From Leptolyngbyaceae cyanobacterium (lineage in GTDB: Bacteria; Cyanobacteriota; Cyanobacteriia; Phormidesmidales; Phormidesmidaceae), in the NCBI GenBank assembly GCA_965263355.1, contig CBDHHL010000032.1, positions 1,184,001 to 1,248,000 of the forward strand: DNA of 64,000 nucleotides, read 5' to 3'. The position numbers were made by a program, and so were the translations under genes. This document shows, piece after piece, positions 9,392 to 19,062 of this stretch (its first letter is position 1; the number at the start of each line of letters is the position of its first letter). The notes under the pieces were generated by a model. The model was given only the letters and a program-made list of their open reading frames with translations. It was not told where the DNA came from and did not search any database.

Positions 9392-10450
9392 GTGCATACA
9401 ACTTTCTTTGAGCAAATGATTATGAAAACACAAGCTCTTGCGCCACGCAATACTACCAATTCGCTTTCAACACCGTCTATTACCTTAATAGTATCTCCAC
9501 GGGAGCGATTTGGCTATGTCCAACCATCACTAGAAAGCATTTACAAACACACTAAACTACCGTTTGAGTTAGTGTATATTGACATTGATTCTCCTGGATA
9601 TCTGCGCAACTATTTAGCCAAGGCAGCCGCTAAAAACCACTTTACTCTGCTACGAACTAATCGTTTTCTGTCGCCAAATCAGGTGCGTAATCTGGGGTTA
9701 AGTCAAGCAACTACAGACTACGTGCTGTTTATCGATAATGATATCCATGTTTCTCCTGGCTGGCTAGAAAGTCTCTGGCAATGTGCTCAGGAAACAGATG
9801 CAACAGTTGTTGCACCACTTGTTTGCGTTGGGAAACCACTGCATGAGCGAATTCTGATGGCTGGCGGAGAGATCAGGCTTTTCCTGGAAACAAATGGAAA
9901 GCATGAGCATCGACGTTTATACAAAAAATGTCATCTGGTTAACCGGTCGGCAACTATGATGAAACGTCAGCTACATCAACGCACCTGTGACTACGCGGAG
10001 TTAAGTTGTGTATTAGTTAAGCGAGATATCTTTCAGGACATTGGCCCATTGGATGAAAGATTGTTAAATTCTCAAGAGCACCTTGATTTTTGTCTTAGCG
10101 TCTCTCGGGCTGGTGGGAAAATTTATTGTGAACCTGCCGCAGTGGTTACCTATGTCCCTGAGGTACCGCGTCGGTGGTCAGAGCTAATTTATTTTATGCT
10201 GCGTTGGAGTGATGCCTGGGAAGCTGAAAGTTTGATTCATTTTCAGAAGAAATGGGCACTGGACATGGATCGGGATTTTATGTTGCGTTTTCGACATCTG
10301 GGACATCAGCGTCATCAGATATTGTTACTGCCATTATTACGTCGACTAACGGCAGGACGTCGGGTACGTTGGGTGGAAAAGTTAGCAATTCAACTAGAGC
10401 GTTGGTTTAATCAGTATCTGACAAACCGTTATAAACGATTGTCCAGGTAA
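9392..10450 (+). CDS. Glycosyltransferase family 2, tandem paralog of the upstream gene (start may be ATG ~9416-9422)
   Basis: Same motifs (LFIDND, RNLGLSQATTDY) and collinear similarity to 8101-9249. Confidence 0.9.
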   Translation: MHTTFFEQMIMKTQALAPRNTTNSLSTPSITLIVSPRERFGYVQPSLESIYKHTKLPFELVYIDIDSPGYLRNYLAKAAAKNHFTLLRTNRFLSPNQVRNLGLSQATTDYVLFIDNDIHVSPGWLESLWQCAQETDATVVAPLVCVGKPLHERILMAGGEIRLFLETNGKHEHRRLYKKCHLVNRSATMMKRQLHQRTCDYAELSCVLVKRDIFQDIGPLDERLLNSQEHLDFCLSVSRAGGKIYCEPAAVVTYVPEVPRRWSELIYFMLRWSDAWEAESLIHFQKKWALDMDRDFMLRFRHLGHQRHQILLLPLLRRLTAGRRVRWVEKLAIQLERWFNQYLTNRYKRLSR

Positions 10451-10475
10451 GTTAACCACTCAGGTTATGATCTAC

Positions 10476-10732
10476 AGCCGCAGAACTTTGGCAATTATCC
10501 GACAACTTTCCCCTCCGGGGAGGGGCTCCGGGGTGGGTCCCCTAGAAGTTGTCTAAAATTGAATCGGGCATTAGCGTCAGCGGTTAACTCACCCTGCCCA
10601 AGGGGCATCCCTCCCGAGAGGGGATATTCTTCTAGATAAACTTGTTTACGCAAAATAGCCCTTTAGCCGCAGAATTTTGGTAATTGTCCGACAACTTTCC
10701 CCTCCAAGGAGGGGTTTCGGGATGAGTCCCCT
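10476..10732. repeat. Cluster of REP/MITE-like repeats: two 68-bp direct copies (10476-10543, 10665-10732) and an inverted core copy (~10586-10625)
   Basis: agccgcagaa.tttgg.aatt.tccgacaactttcccctcc..gga ggg... occurs twice; core hairpin cccctcc-N-ggagggg. Confidence 0.8.
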
Positions 10733-10740
10733 GAGCATTC

Positions 10741-11304
10741 CTAACCACCAAATGCCTTCTTAATCTTCTTACAAATCTCAACCAAAGCTTTGTTTTGCTC
10801 AGAAGCACTAAGGCTATCAAGAGGATGATTAGGCTCATGGGCAGCCTGATATTTTTCAATCGGACTATCCTGGTAAGTGCTATGGCTAATCGGCACCCAA
10901 ATAATTGTCAGCCCCTCATTCTCAGCGGCATCTAATAACGGAGGCAGCTCATTCTCATGGATAAAATCTGACGCCAGAAAGTCTTGACTCACCAACAGCA
11001 CCGCCACCTTTGCAGACGCCAACGCTTTTTCAATTTCCTTACGCCATTCATCCCCAGCTTGAATGCGTCGATCATCCCATGTGGCAATGGAACCGTTACG
11101 CTCTAATGATTTGAGAAAGGTTTGTAGTTTCTCAAGCCACTCTTTATCCTTATGACTATAGCTAATAAAAACCTGGTTTCTTTCAACCTTCTGCGGCTTA
11201 TGAGCATTTGAATAATACTCAACATGCTGATCCTTTAGATGCTCGTATGCTTCTTGCTCATCCTTGTTATCTCGTCCTAAAATACGATCAGGTCCTGATA
11301 ACAC
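10741..11304 (-). pseudogene. TIR_2-domain protein, probably the C-terminal remnant of a larger multidomain protein
   Basis: VFISYSHKD..WDDRRIQAGDEW..AVLLVSQDFLASDFIHENELP; GTG start without RBS, abutting another 5'-truncated gene. Confidence 0.7.
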
Positions 11305-11314
11305 AGCTGTGAGA

Positions 11315-11659
11315 CGGCGAATCCTGGCAGGTTTTACTTTTCTCTATTATGGCAGTCAAAACCTGCTTCCAGAACAATTCGTTGTCAATGCTGGCTATGG
11401 TGACTTAGCCGTAGGTTTTCTTGTCCCCATCATTCTCTTAGGTAAGCAAAGCATTCAAAAGTACATCGTGTTTCACTTGTTTGGCCAGCTTGATTTTATT
11501 ATCGCCGTCGGTACTGGGCTTACCTTTATTGTCCTTCAGGTCCCTCTGATGGAGAATATTACTACTTTCCCCATCGTACTTATTCCTCTGTTTGGCGTTC
11601 CACTTACGGGAGCGAGCAGCATTATGGCCATTGATGTATTGCTTAGACAACGACGGTAA
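11315..11659 (+). pseudogene. 5'-truncated integral membrane protein
   Basis: RILAGFTFLYYG..LLP..F...AGYGDLAVG..F..LDF..AVGTG..FP..LIPLF..PL; no credible start or N-terminal half. Confidence 0.6.
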
Positions 11660-11845
11660 CTGACTTCTCGTTAATGTGAAATTTTGTGTAAGGAATGCTC
11701 CTACATTCAGGTTTGATACAACATCTCATATCTCCCAAAGAAAAAATGAGGTCTTAATCAATCCCATAGATAGTGATAATACAAAGCATCAATACATCAC
11801 ACGGGGCAGCCATGTTAGGCTCAAAGCCTACCATGACCCTGCCCT

Positions 11846-13030
11846 ATGAAATCTGCCAAATCTCAGGTTGCTCTACTGGCCCTTTGTCAGGCGACGGCCA
11901 TGACCACCAACACTGTCTTAGTCACCGTAGCCGCCCTTATCGGCTATGCCCTGGCTACGGATAAAGCCATGGCCACTGTTCCCCTGGCCATGCGCCAGGT
12001 GGCTACCATGATTGCTACTATCCCGGCGTCATTATTGATGCAGCGCATTGGTCGACGCGGCGGGTTTCTGGTGGGCACAATTATAGGACTGGTCGGTGCA
12101 GGCATTGGTATTTATAGTCTCACCATCGCCCATTTTTGGTTGTTTACACTGTCCACCACATTGTTTGGTGTCTCCAATAGCTTTGTTGGCTACTATCGCT
12201 TTGCTGCAGCTGATTTAGCTGATAAGGCATTTCGCCCCCAAGCGATTTCCTGGGTGTTGGCTGGGGGTATCATCGCAGCCATTCTGGGACCATGGGTGGC
12301 AACGGGCTCCAAAGAATGGTTTAACAGTGATTTGTATATCGGTGCTCTAGTGGCGATATTGGGACTGCAACTGTTCACCAGCTTTTTGTTGTTAGGGTTA
12401 CACGTTCCGTCGACGACAGCAGAACACAACAATCAAAATACTCGCTCCCTGCCTAAGATTATGGGACAGCCTAAATTTTTGGTTGCCACCCTGGGCAGTA
12501 CCGTTAGCTACAGTGTCATGGTGTTTATTATGACCGCTACACCATTGGCCATGGCAGTCGAAACACATTCATTCGACCAAACGGCAGCGGTAATTCAGTG
12601 GCATGTGCTAGGTATGTTTGCCCCTTCATTGATAACGGGCTGGCTAATTAAGCGCCTGGGCGTATTGCAAATTATTATGATCGGAGCTGTGTTGAACTTG
12701 GGTTGCGTAGGGCTCAATCTGACAGGCACCACATTCTGGCACTTTGCCATCGCTCTATTGCTTCTGGGGCTGGGCTGGAATTTTATGTATGTGGGGTCTA
12801 CTACCCTATTAACAGACACCTACATGCCTGCAGAGAAAGGTAAAGTACAGGCCATCCACGACTTTATTGTGTTTAGCGTTGTCGCCCTGGCTACGTTTCT
12901 GGCAGGACGGATATTCCACCGGTTTGACTGGGCTATGCTTAATCAGGTGAGCTGGCCGCTGGTGATCTTTACTCTGTTGGCAGTGTTATGGTTGTGGCAA
13001 ACGCGATCGCAACATCAACGCCAAGTTTAA
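11846..13030 (+). CDS. MFS transporter
   Basis: ~12 hydrophobic segments; LMQRIGRRGGF motif A; YRFAAAD; IQWHVLGMFAPS. Confidence 0.9.
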   Translation: MKSAKSQVALLALCQATAMTTNTVLVTVAALIGYALATDKAMATVPLAMRQVATMIATIPASLLMQRIGRRGGFLVGTIIGLVGAGIGIYSLTIAHFWLFTLSTTLFGVSNSFVGYYRFAAADLADKAFRPQAISWVLAGGIIAAILGPWVATGSKEWFNSDLYIGALVAILGLQLFTSFLLLGLHVPSTTAEHNNQNTRSLPKIMGQPKFLVATLGSTVSYSVMVFIMTATPLAMAVETHSFDQTAAVIQWHVLGMFAPSLITGWLIKRLGVLQIIMIGAVLNLGCVGLNLTGTTFWHFAIALLLLGLGWNFMYVGSTTLLTDTYMPAEKGKVQAIHDFIVFSVVALATFLAGRIFHRFDWAMLNQVSWPLVIFTLLAVLWLWQTRSQHQRQV

Positions 13031-13054
13031 CAGTTAGTCCCGACTCAGTTAACA

Positions 13055-13558
13055 CTATAAGAAGGGATTCACACCGCCCCCAGTCACCTCACATACATAA
13101 TTCAGCACGACTGGTGCCCGAGGTGCGCCCTCCAACGCTGGTGGATACTGCGTCACCTTTAGGTATTCGCTGTCATCAGAGTCCCAGTAATCCAGCAAAA
13201 CAATATCATAGGACAATGCATCATCCGCAGAATTGCCTGTAAATGCATACTCCCAAGCCCAGGGTTCACCAAACTCGTTATAGTCAGCAGATGGTCCCAA
13301 CTGACGGCTCCCTGTCCAAAATTGCGGAAAATCTGAATCTTCACTCGTTAAGAAAAGACCACCTTGGGCCGTAAATAGCCTGACGTCTAGCGACCCTAAG
13401 CCTTCCTGACTAGCGCAACCGTAGTCAAGGTAAAACCCCAAGGGTGGATTAAAAGACTCATACTGTGCCTGTGCCATGGGGCAGACAATAGTCAACGCAG
13501 CACTAATGCTGATAGAAATTGTAAGTGACGGTTTCATTAGACTCATTTGCTTACCCAT
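13055..13558 (-). CDS. Hypothetical exported protein
   Basis: Signal-peptide-like N-terminus (AQA-Q), acidic/aromatic mature part. Confidence 0.6.
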   Translation of the reverse strand: MGKQMSLMKPSLTISISISAALTIVCPMAQAQYESFNPPLGFYLDYGCASQEGLGSLDVRLFTAQGGLFLTSEDSDFPQFWTGSRQLGPSADYNEFGEPWAWEYAFTGNSADDALSYDIVLLDYWDSDDSEYLKVTQYPPALEGAPRAPVVLNYVCEVTGGGVNPFL

Positions 13559-13783
13559 GTATGAAAATCACAACAGCTAGATTACAGTCGCTATTACCAG
13601 AGACATGTTTCCCCGCAAATTAAGATCGCTATCGATACGGGGTAACCACCTCAGCCACTAAAGTCAGGATGAAGCCAACGCATCTGCCAATAGTATGAAA
13701 CAGTTTGAGCGGGTCGAAGTCACCAGCTGCGACCAGTGGCATACCTGGCAGGCCAACAACCACATCCAAATTATCTAACATCT

Positions 13784-14257
13784 ATGACAACCACATCCTC
13801 AGGGCAAATTATCCAAATCAATATCTCCGATGGGGGCACTCCAAAACTCCCCATCCCTGAAGCCAAAATTACATTAGACGGACTCATTGGCGATCGTCAG
13901 CGCAACCTGAAATATCATGGTGGTCCAGATCGTGCTGTTTGTCTTTGGTCTGCCGATATTATCCAAACCTTGCAAAACGAAGGGCATCCGATTGAGCCTG
14001 GCAGCGCTGGTGAAAACATTACCGTCGCAGGACTCATCTGGGAACAGCTTGTACCTGATACACAACTTCAACTAGGAGACACAGTGCGTTTGTTAATTAC
14101 TGACTATGCCGCCCCCTGTCGTCACATTGGGCGCTATTTTAGTGACCGTCGCTATAGCCGTATTAGTCAAAAGCACAACCCTGGTACCAGTCGTCTCTAC
14201 ACCCGTGTTCTCTCTCCTGGCATTGTACATATCGGCAATAGCGTGCAGGTGCTTTAA
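13784..14257 (+). CDS. MOSC-domain protein (YiiM-like)
   Basis: HGGPDRAVCLW, PGSAGENIT, APC, GTSRLY; ATG at 13784 preferred. Confidence 0.88.
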   Translation: MTTTSSGQIIQINISDGGTPKLPIPEAKITLDGLIGDRQRNLKYHGGPDRAVCLWSADIIQTLQNEGHPIEPGSAGENITVAGLIWEQLVPDTQLQLGDTVRLLITDYAAPCRHIGRYFSDRRYSRISQKHNPGTSRLYTRVLSPGIVHIGNSVQVL

Positions 14258-14349
14258 TTAGTCCCCTGGTGAGAAAATAACAATATTTCTAAGCTTCTAG
14301 AAACTAGATTTATTGGCGTATTCGATGTCATGCGAATGAAATAGCGGCA

Positions 14350-14665
14350 ATGAATGATCTCGCAATCGTATTTGTTATTAAGATTGTTTTTACTTTATTG
14401 CTATGGTGCCTGCCACTGTTATTCTTTCCTGAGAGTCTCTTAATTAAGTTAGGCTTACCAAAGCCTTCTAGTATAGCCTTTTTGCGGCTTTTGGGAATAG
14501 CCGATGGGAATTATTAGCAACGGCGGAGCTTGTCTTATCCTTCTCATCCATGGACTTCTAGGTACCTGGCAAGAATGGAAATAGCTACCTGCCAAAATCA
14601 TGATGTGGCTCTCACTTATCGTAACGGGTGGCATTACAGTTGGTCTTATTGTCACTGGGTTGTGA
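14350..14665 (+). pseudogene. Small membrane protein pseudogene (frameshifting junction plus nonsense codon); not in ORF track
   Basis: MNDLAIVFVIKIVFTLLLWCLPLLFFPE..FLRLLGIA, then shifted frame MGIISNGGACLILLIHGLLGTWQEWK*LPAKIMMWLSLIVTGGITVGLIVTGL*. Confidence 0.6.
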
Positions 14666-14823
14666 GCTGAGCTTCGGGCTATACAGCTAACGTTGCTTGA
14701 CGCTGGCGAAAGTAGTCCACCGGAAAATCAATCGCCCGACGGCCCCGCAGGGGCAAATGTTGACGATTGGAATATACAATTCAGGTCGTCCGATTCCGAT
14801 CCCATTGTCAGGTAGTTATCACT

Positions 14824-15620
14824 ATGGGCCTATTAATTGGTGGCGTGTGGCACGACCAATGGTACGATACCAGCGGTAATGAGAGGCATTTTGTTCGCAA
14901 AGCCTCTTGGTTTCGCAATTGGATTACTTCTGACGGTAATCCTGGCCCGACAGGTTAAGGCGGCTTTAAAGCAGAACCTGGGCGCTATCATCTCTATGTC
15001 TCCTATGCCTATTCCTGGGCGCACCGCACACTTATTTTGCACATCCTAAAAGGGCTAGAAGAGATGGTTCTATCTCTGTTGTCCATTGGTTTATGGATAA
15101 AAAGGGGTAGGCTTTTGAGCCAAGGGAAGGCATCATTGCTGATTCCCTGTTTAATGCTAAAGTTTTACACAAAGTTTACACCCAGACCGACCCGAACTAT
15201 ATTGGTCGGATAACCGTACCTGTTTTGTGGGATAAACAAACTCAAACTATTGTTAACAACGAATCTGCTGAAATTATTCGTATGTTTAACAGCGCGTTTG
15301 ATCAAGTCGGCGCTAACCCAGGAGACTACTACGCTGCAGACCTCAGGGAAGAAATAGATAGCCTGAGTAAGCGTATTTACAATACGGTCAACAACGGCGT
15401 GTACAAGGGCGGATTTGCGATGACCCAAACAGCCTATGAGGAAGCATTCTTATGGGGATACCCACGTGAGCTATATCAATTACCCGGTATTGCGCAAACA
15501 GTGAATTTTTCAAACATAAAGCGCCATTATTACCAAAGTCATGAAATCATTAATCCCATTAGAATTGTTCCTGAAGGGCCAGAAATCAACTTTATGAAGC
15601 CCCACAATCAAGAACTGTAA
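14824..15620 (+). pseudogene. yqjG: Glutathionyl-hydroquinone reductase (YqjG/GST-omega-like) pseudogene
   Basis: MGLLIGGVWHDQWYDT..FRNWIT, TAA at 14956-14958, GFKAEPGRYHLY, VPVLWDK..TIVNNESAEIIRMFN, VNNGVYKGGFA; AYEEAF joins directly to LWGYPRELYQ (internal deletion). Confidence 0.85.
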
Positions 15621-15721
15621 AGGATATCTTCAGCTTTTAATAGGTAACAGTATCCCACTTGAACACATTTAAGTTAGAATGCTGAAGCGATGAATGTCGA
15701 TGAAAATCAATATATTAGGAT

Positions 15722-16516
15722 ATGCTCGGAGTCATTCTTGGAGATGCGTTTGGTTCTGCCCATCAACGCACCAAAGTCCAAGACTTTGAACTGATTACGC
15801 CGGATAGCCACTGGACAGAGAATACGATTTTTACGCTGGCGACTGCGGACTATTTGCTATATGGTGGTGAGTACGAGGAAAGCTACACACGCTGGTATAG
15901 CTGGTACCCTGAGATAAAGGGAGGGTACAACGATAGCTTTAGTGAGTGGGCTAAGACAAATGGCGCAAAGCCTTACTACAGTTGTCGTAATGATGGGGCA
16001 TTGCGAGCAGCTCCCATTGCCTATGCCTTCGATAATCTTAAGGAAGTGATGGAAGAAGCTGAGCGGTCTGCCCTCGTCAGTCATAACCATCCCGAAGGTA
16101 TCAAAGGAGCCCAGGCAACTGCTGCTGCAATCTTTCTAGCTAAGGAAAAAGCGCCTAAACAAACCATTTCAGATCTGTTAACCAGTATTTTTGGCTATAA
16201 CTTTGAGACCTCCTATGGGGAGTTACAACAGACTTATCAGTTTAGTTGTCTAGCCGCCGATACTGTTGAGGCCGCCATTATTGCATTTCTGCATTCGAAG
16301 GACTTCGAAGATGCCGTTCGCAAGGCTATCTATCTCGGCGGTGATGCTAAAAGTTTGGCAGCTATTGCAGGTGGCATTGCTGAAGCGTTTTATCCAAAGG
16401 TGCCTAAATCTCTACAGAATTTAGGATGGCAACTCCTTGACGAAGGTCAGCAAGACCTAATTAGTGAGTTTCAGGCTGAGTTTGTAAGGGAGATTGCTCC
16501 AGTGCAAGCGGCTTAG
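15722..16516 (+). CDS. ADP-ribosylglycohydrolase (DraG/ARH-like) family protein with degenerate metal-binding motifs
   Basis: MLG.ILGDAFGS, SA.VSHNHPEGIKGAQA.A, DFEDAVR.AI.LGGD, AIAGGIAEA. Confidence 0.85.
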   Translation: MLGVILGDAFGSAHQRTKVQDFELITPDSHWTENTIFTLATADYLLYGGEYEESYTRWYSWYPEIKGGYNDSFSEWAKTNGAKPYYSCRNDGALRAAPIAYAFDNLKEVMEEAERSALVSHNHPEGIKGAQATAAAIFLAKEKAPKQTISDLLTSIFGYNFETSYGELQQTYQFSCLAADTVEAAIIAFLHSKDFEDAVRKAIYLGGDAKSLAAIAGGIAEAFYPKVPKSLQNLGWQLLDEGQQDLISEFQAEFVREIAPVQAA

Positions 16517-16562
16517 TTAGCAAGTTGGCATATCAAGGTGATTATCGAACTTTACTTTACTT

Positions 16563-16841
16563 TTACACATCACCCTTGTACGAAGAACTCCAACCGAGTA
16601 ACTTCTTTAGTTTCTGACCTGGATTAAATTTGAAAGCGGTTGAATCTCTTCTTTGGCTCAGATAAAAGCTCCCAAATCCAGTTAGAGTGACTCCTTGTCC
16701 TTCTCTAAAGGTCTCGTAAAGCGAATCGGTTATACCATCAAGCCATTTACCTGCTATCTCTTCATTAGTTCCCATTCTTGATGCAAGTTTTGCAACAAAT
16801 TCTTGCTTAGATAGTGAACGTCTGGAACTGCTAAATTGCAT
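16563..16841 (-). CDS. HU/IHF-like DNA-binding protein (short arm)
   Basis: SKQEFVAKLA..GQGVTLTGFGSF..FKFNPGQKLK. Confidence 0.8.
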   Translation of the reverse strand: MQFSSSRRSLSKQEFVAKLASRMGTNEEIAGKWLDGITDSLYETFREGQGVTLTGFGSFYLSQRRDSTAFKFNPGQKLKKLLGWSSSYKGDV

Positions 16842-16981
16842 TGTTATCCACGTCGGTAAGGAATGAGTTGAGAATAACCAAGATACATCATTACAGCTAA
16901 GTTAGATTCCTGGGTTTCTTCTACGAAAATCTAAAGTCTTTGGCTGCTGATACCGCCACACAAGACATTGATCAGTACTGG

Positions 16982-17191
16982 CTAACCGTCGGGAAATTGC
17001 CAGCAGGCGATTGCCTCTACATTTAGACTGCCACAATGAGGACAGGCTACTTTCCCAGAGGCCACCCATTCTTCATTACACTGGCGACAATGGCAGAATA
17101 CATTATTGCGATTTGCCTCCGCCAGACAACGCTGCCATTCAGCCAGTTCTTCTGGAGTCATCTGTTGTGGCCAATTGTTCTTTTCCGTCAT
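16982..17191 (-). CDS. Small Cys-rich (zinc-ribbon-like) hypothetical protein
   Basis: CHCRQC..EWV..CPHCGS..CWQFPDG. Confidence 0.7.
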   Translation of the reverse strand: MTEKNNWPQQMTPEELAEWQRCLAEANRNNVFCHCRQCNEEWVASGKVACPHCGSLNVEAIACWQFPDG

Positions 17192-17237
17192 CAGTTCTGT
17201 CCTCTTCTATCAACTGCCACAGCTAAATCACTAGAAG

Positions 17238-17750
17238 TTATTCCTGCTTAAGCAATGGAACCAGATGCATCATATAATCTCGCTTGCCAATGGATACACC
17301 AAGCATGCGAAGAATGTCATAAGCCGTAACCATATGGAAGTAGAAGTTTGGCATTAAAAAATCATTCACATAGGCATTACCAGACATCTCAAGGTATAGC
17401 CCTTGACCAAGATCGATGCGCTTAACTTCATCTAGCTTGTCATCTCCAGCGTTAATATCCGCAAGTAGTCCCTTGGCATTTGTTACGTGTTCGTATGCCC
17501 GTGCTAAGGATAGGACTTCTGAATCTAAATTATCCATCGGTTTGCCGTCACACCACAAAGCAAAGTTGCGTGGTTGATTGCAGGTGAACGCAATCTGTGT
17601 ACCAAAAGGTAACATATCAGCAATAATGCGCTTCTGCAGAAAAGACTCACTCCCACTGAAATGTGTCTGAGCTGACTTTAAGAGGTGCTCAAGCGTCGTT
17701 AGGCGGCTTTGGAAAGTAGTTTTGATTGAATCTATAGTTTGACTTGGCAT
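17238..17750 (-). CDS. DUF1993 (DinB-like) family protein
   Basis: RIIADMLPF..Q; FLMPNFYFHMVTAYDILR..GVSIGKRDY. Confidence 0.88.
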   Translation of the reverse strand: MPSQTIDSIKTTFQSRLTTLEHLLKSAQTHFSGSESFLQKRIIADMLPFGTQIAFTCNQPRNFALWCDGKPMDNLDSEVLSLARAYEHVTNAKGLLADINAGDDKLDEVKRIDLGQGLYLEMSGNAYVNDFLMPNFYFHMVTAYDILRMLGVSIGKRDYMMHLVPLLKQE

Positions 17751-17780
17751 TTTGTAATCCCCTGAGACGTATTTCGTAGA

Positions 17781-17868
17781 GTCTAGCGTTGCCCATCACC
17801 TGCAGCAAATAACCTTTGTATCATACCGATCCACTTTCGACGATTGGGTGTATATGGGCGTGGTAATG
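17781..17868 (-). other. Degenerate attC-like imperfect palindrome
   Basis: Arms gcccat-cacc / ggtg-tat-atgggc; minus-strand end GCTAGAC is one mismatch from GTTRRRY and lies ~30 bp before the DUF1993 ATG. Confidence 0.45.
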
Positions 17869-18037
17869 TTTTAGCCTAGTCTTTCCCTGTCGCAGACAAG
17901 TACTTCTGGTGACATATAGCAGTCTTGTTGTGCCTGACTAACCACCTATTTTATTGGGATTTTGAGGTCAAAATTCAGGGCCTTACGGACTCTTGCCTTC
18001 TGACCCCTGATTCCTTCTTTCAGCAACTGTTGTTATC

Positions 18038-18964
18038 TCATAATGCGTTTTCAAGAAACTTAAGCAATGGAGGAATCACCTGCTCATGGGCATCTTCTTG
18101 GATGTAGTGTCCGGCCTCTTCAATGCGCATCACCTCAGCATTGGGAAAATCCCGTAACCACAAATCGTTAAGGATTTCAGGCCCAAAAGCGACATCTTTC
18201 ATTGGCCAAGCGATAAAAATAGGCTTATGGGCAAAGGCTGCTACCAATTGGTCATGGATGACGGCGACAAAATCGCTAACTCTACCAATCGGTCCTGCGG
18301 GAATTTCCCTGGGAAAGACTAGAATAGCCGTGCGTGATGCCCACGTTGGATGGGGGGCAAGATAGGCATCTTTTTCACGCACACCCAGCCGTTTGGGATA
18401 AACCAAACCATCTTTGAACAAAAACAGTTTTACAAATGCATGGAGACCTTTTACCATCACCTCACCGATAACGGGTGTGCGAAACAATTTGAGGGGTAAT
18501 GGCAACGGCACCTTACTAAGCGGACGATGAACAAATGTGTTGAGCACCACAAGACTACGCACGCGCTCAGGATGGCGGGCCGCCCAAGCCAGGCCAATCG
18601 GCCCGCCCCAGTCTTGCACAATGACGGTCGCGTCCTGCAAATCAAGGGATTCCAACAGGGCTTCACAGCGATCGCAATGATTCGGAATCCGATAAAGCCC
18701 TGGCTCATCAGGCTTTTCTGAACGACCAAACCCCAAGTGGTCCAAAACAATAGCTCGATAGCCTGCTTGGGTAACCGCCTCAATAAAACGGCGATACAAA
18801 TACCCCCAAGTGGGATTGCCATGCACCATCACAATCGGTCGACCATGGCGGGGACCTTCATCTACATAGTGCATGCGGCCATCGACACTATTAAACCAGC
18901 GAGGCTGATAGGGCCAGGTACCACCAAACGTCCAATCTTGGCTTTCTACATTAGTTTTCAACAT
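18038..18964 (-). CDS. Haloalkane dehalogenase-like alpha/beta hydrolase
   Basis: MHYVDEG, HGNPTWGYLYR, nucleophile QDWGG, AGHYIQED. Confidence 0.88.
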   Translation of the reverse strand: MLKTNVESQDWTFGGTWPYQPRWFNSVDGRMHYVDEGPRHGRPIVMVHGNPTWGYLYRRFIEAVTQAGYRAIVLDHLGFGRSEKPDEPGLYRIPNHCDRCEALLESLDLQDATVIVQDWGGPIGLAWAARHPERVRSLVVLNTFVHRPLSKVPLPLPLKLFRTPVIGEVMVKGLHAFVKLFLFKDGLVYPKRLGVREKDAYLAPHPTWASRTAILVFPREIPAGPIGRVSDFVAVIHDQLVAAFAHKPIFIAWPMKDVAFGPEILNDLWLRDFPNAEVMRIEEAGHYIQEDAHEQVIPPLLKFLENAL

Positions 18965-19004
18965 TGATAATCTGCCCGCAGATACTGCCTACGGCTGTAG
19001 CGAT

Positions 19005-19056
19005 ATTATGCACTGATCGGTGCAATATTGACATTATGCACTGGTTAGTGCAATAT
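19005..19056. promoter_or_regulatory. Two tandem palindromic TetR-type operators flanking a TTGACA -35 element
   Basis: tgcactgatcggtgca (19009-19024) and tgcactggttagtgca (19037-19052), ttgaca at 19028-19033, between divergent hydrolase and TetR genes. Confidence 0.8.
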
Positions 19057-19062
19057 AGGGGC

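Noticed and set aside
18964..19062. N-terminal extension of TetR
   Set aside because: Runs through the operator/promoter region; the family start is MVRPRKF.
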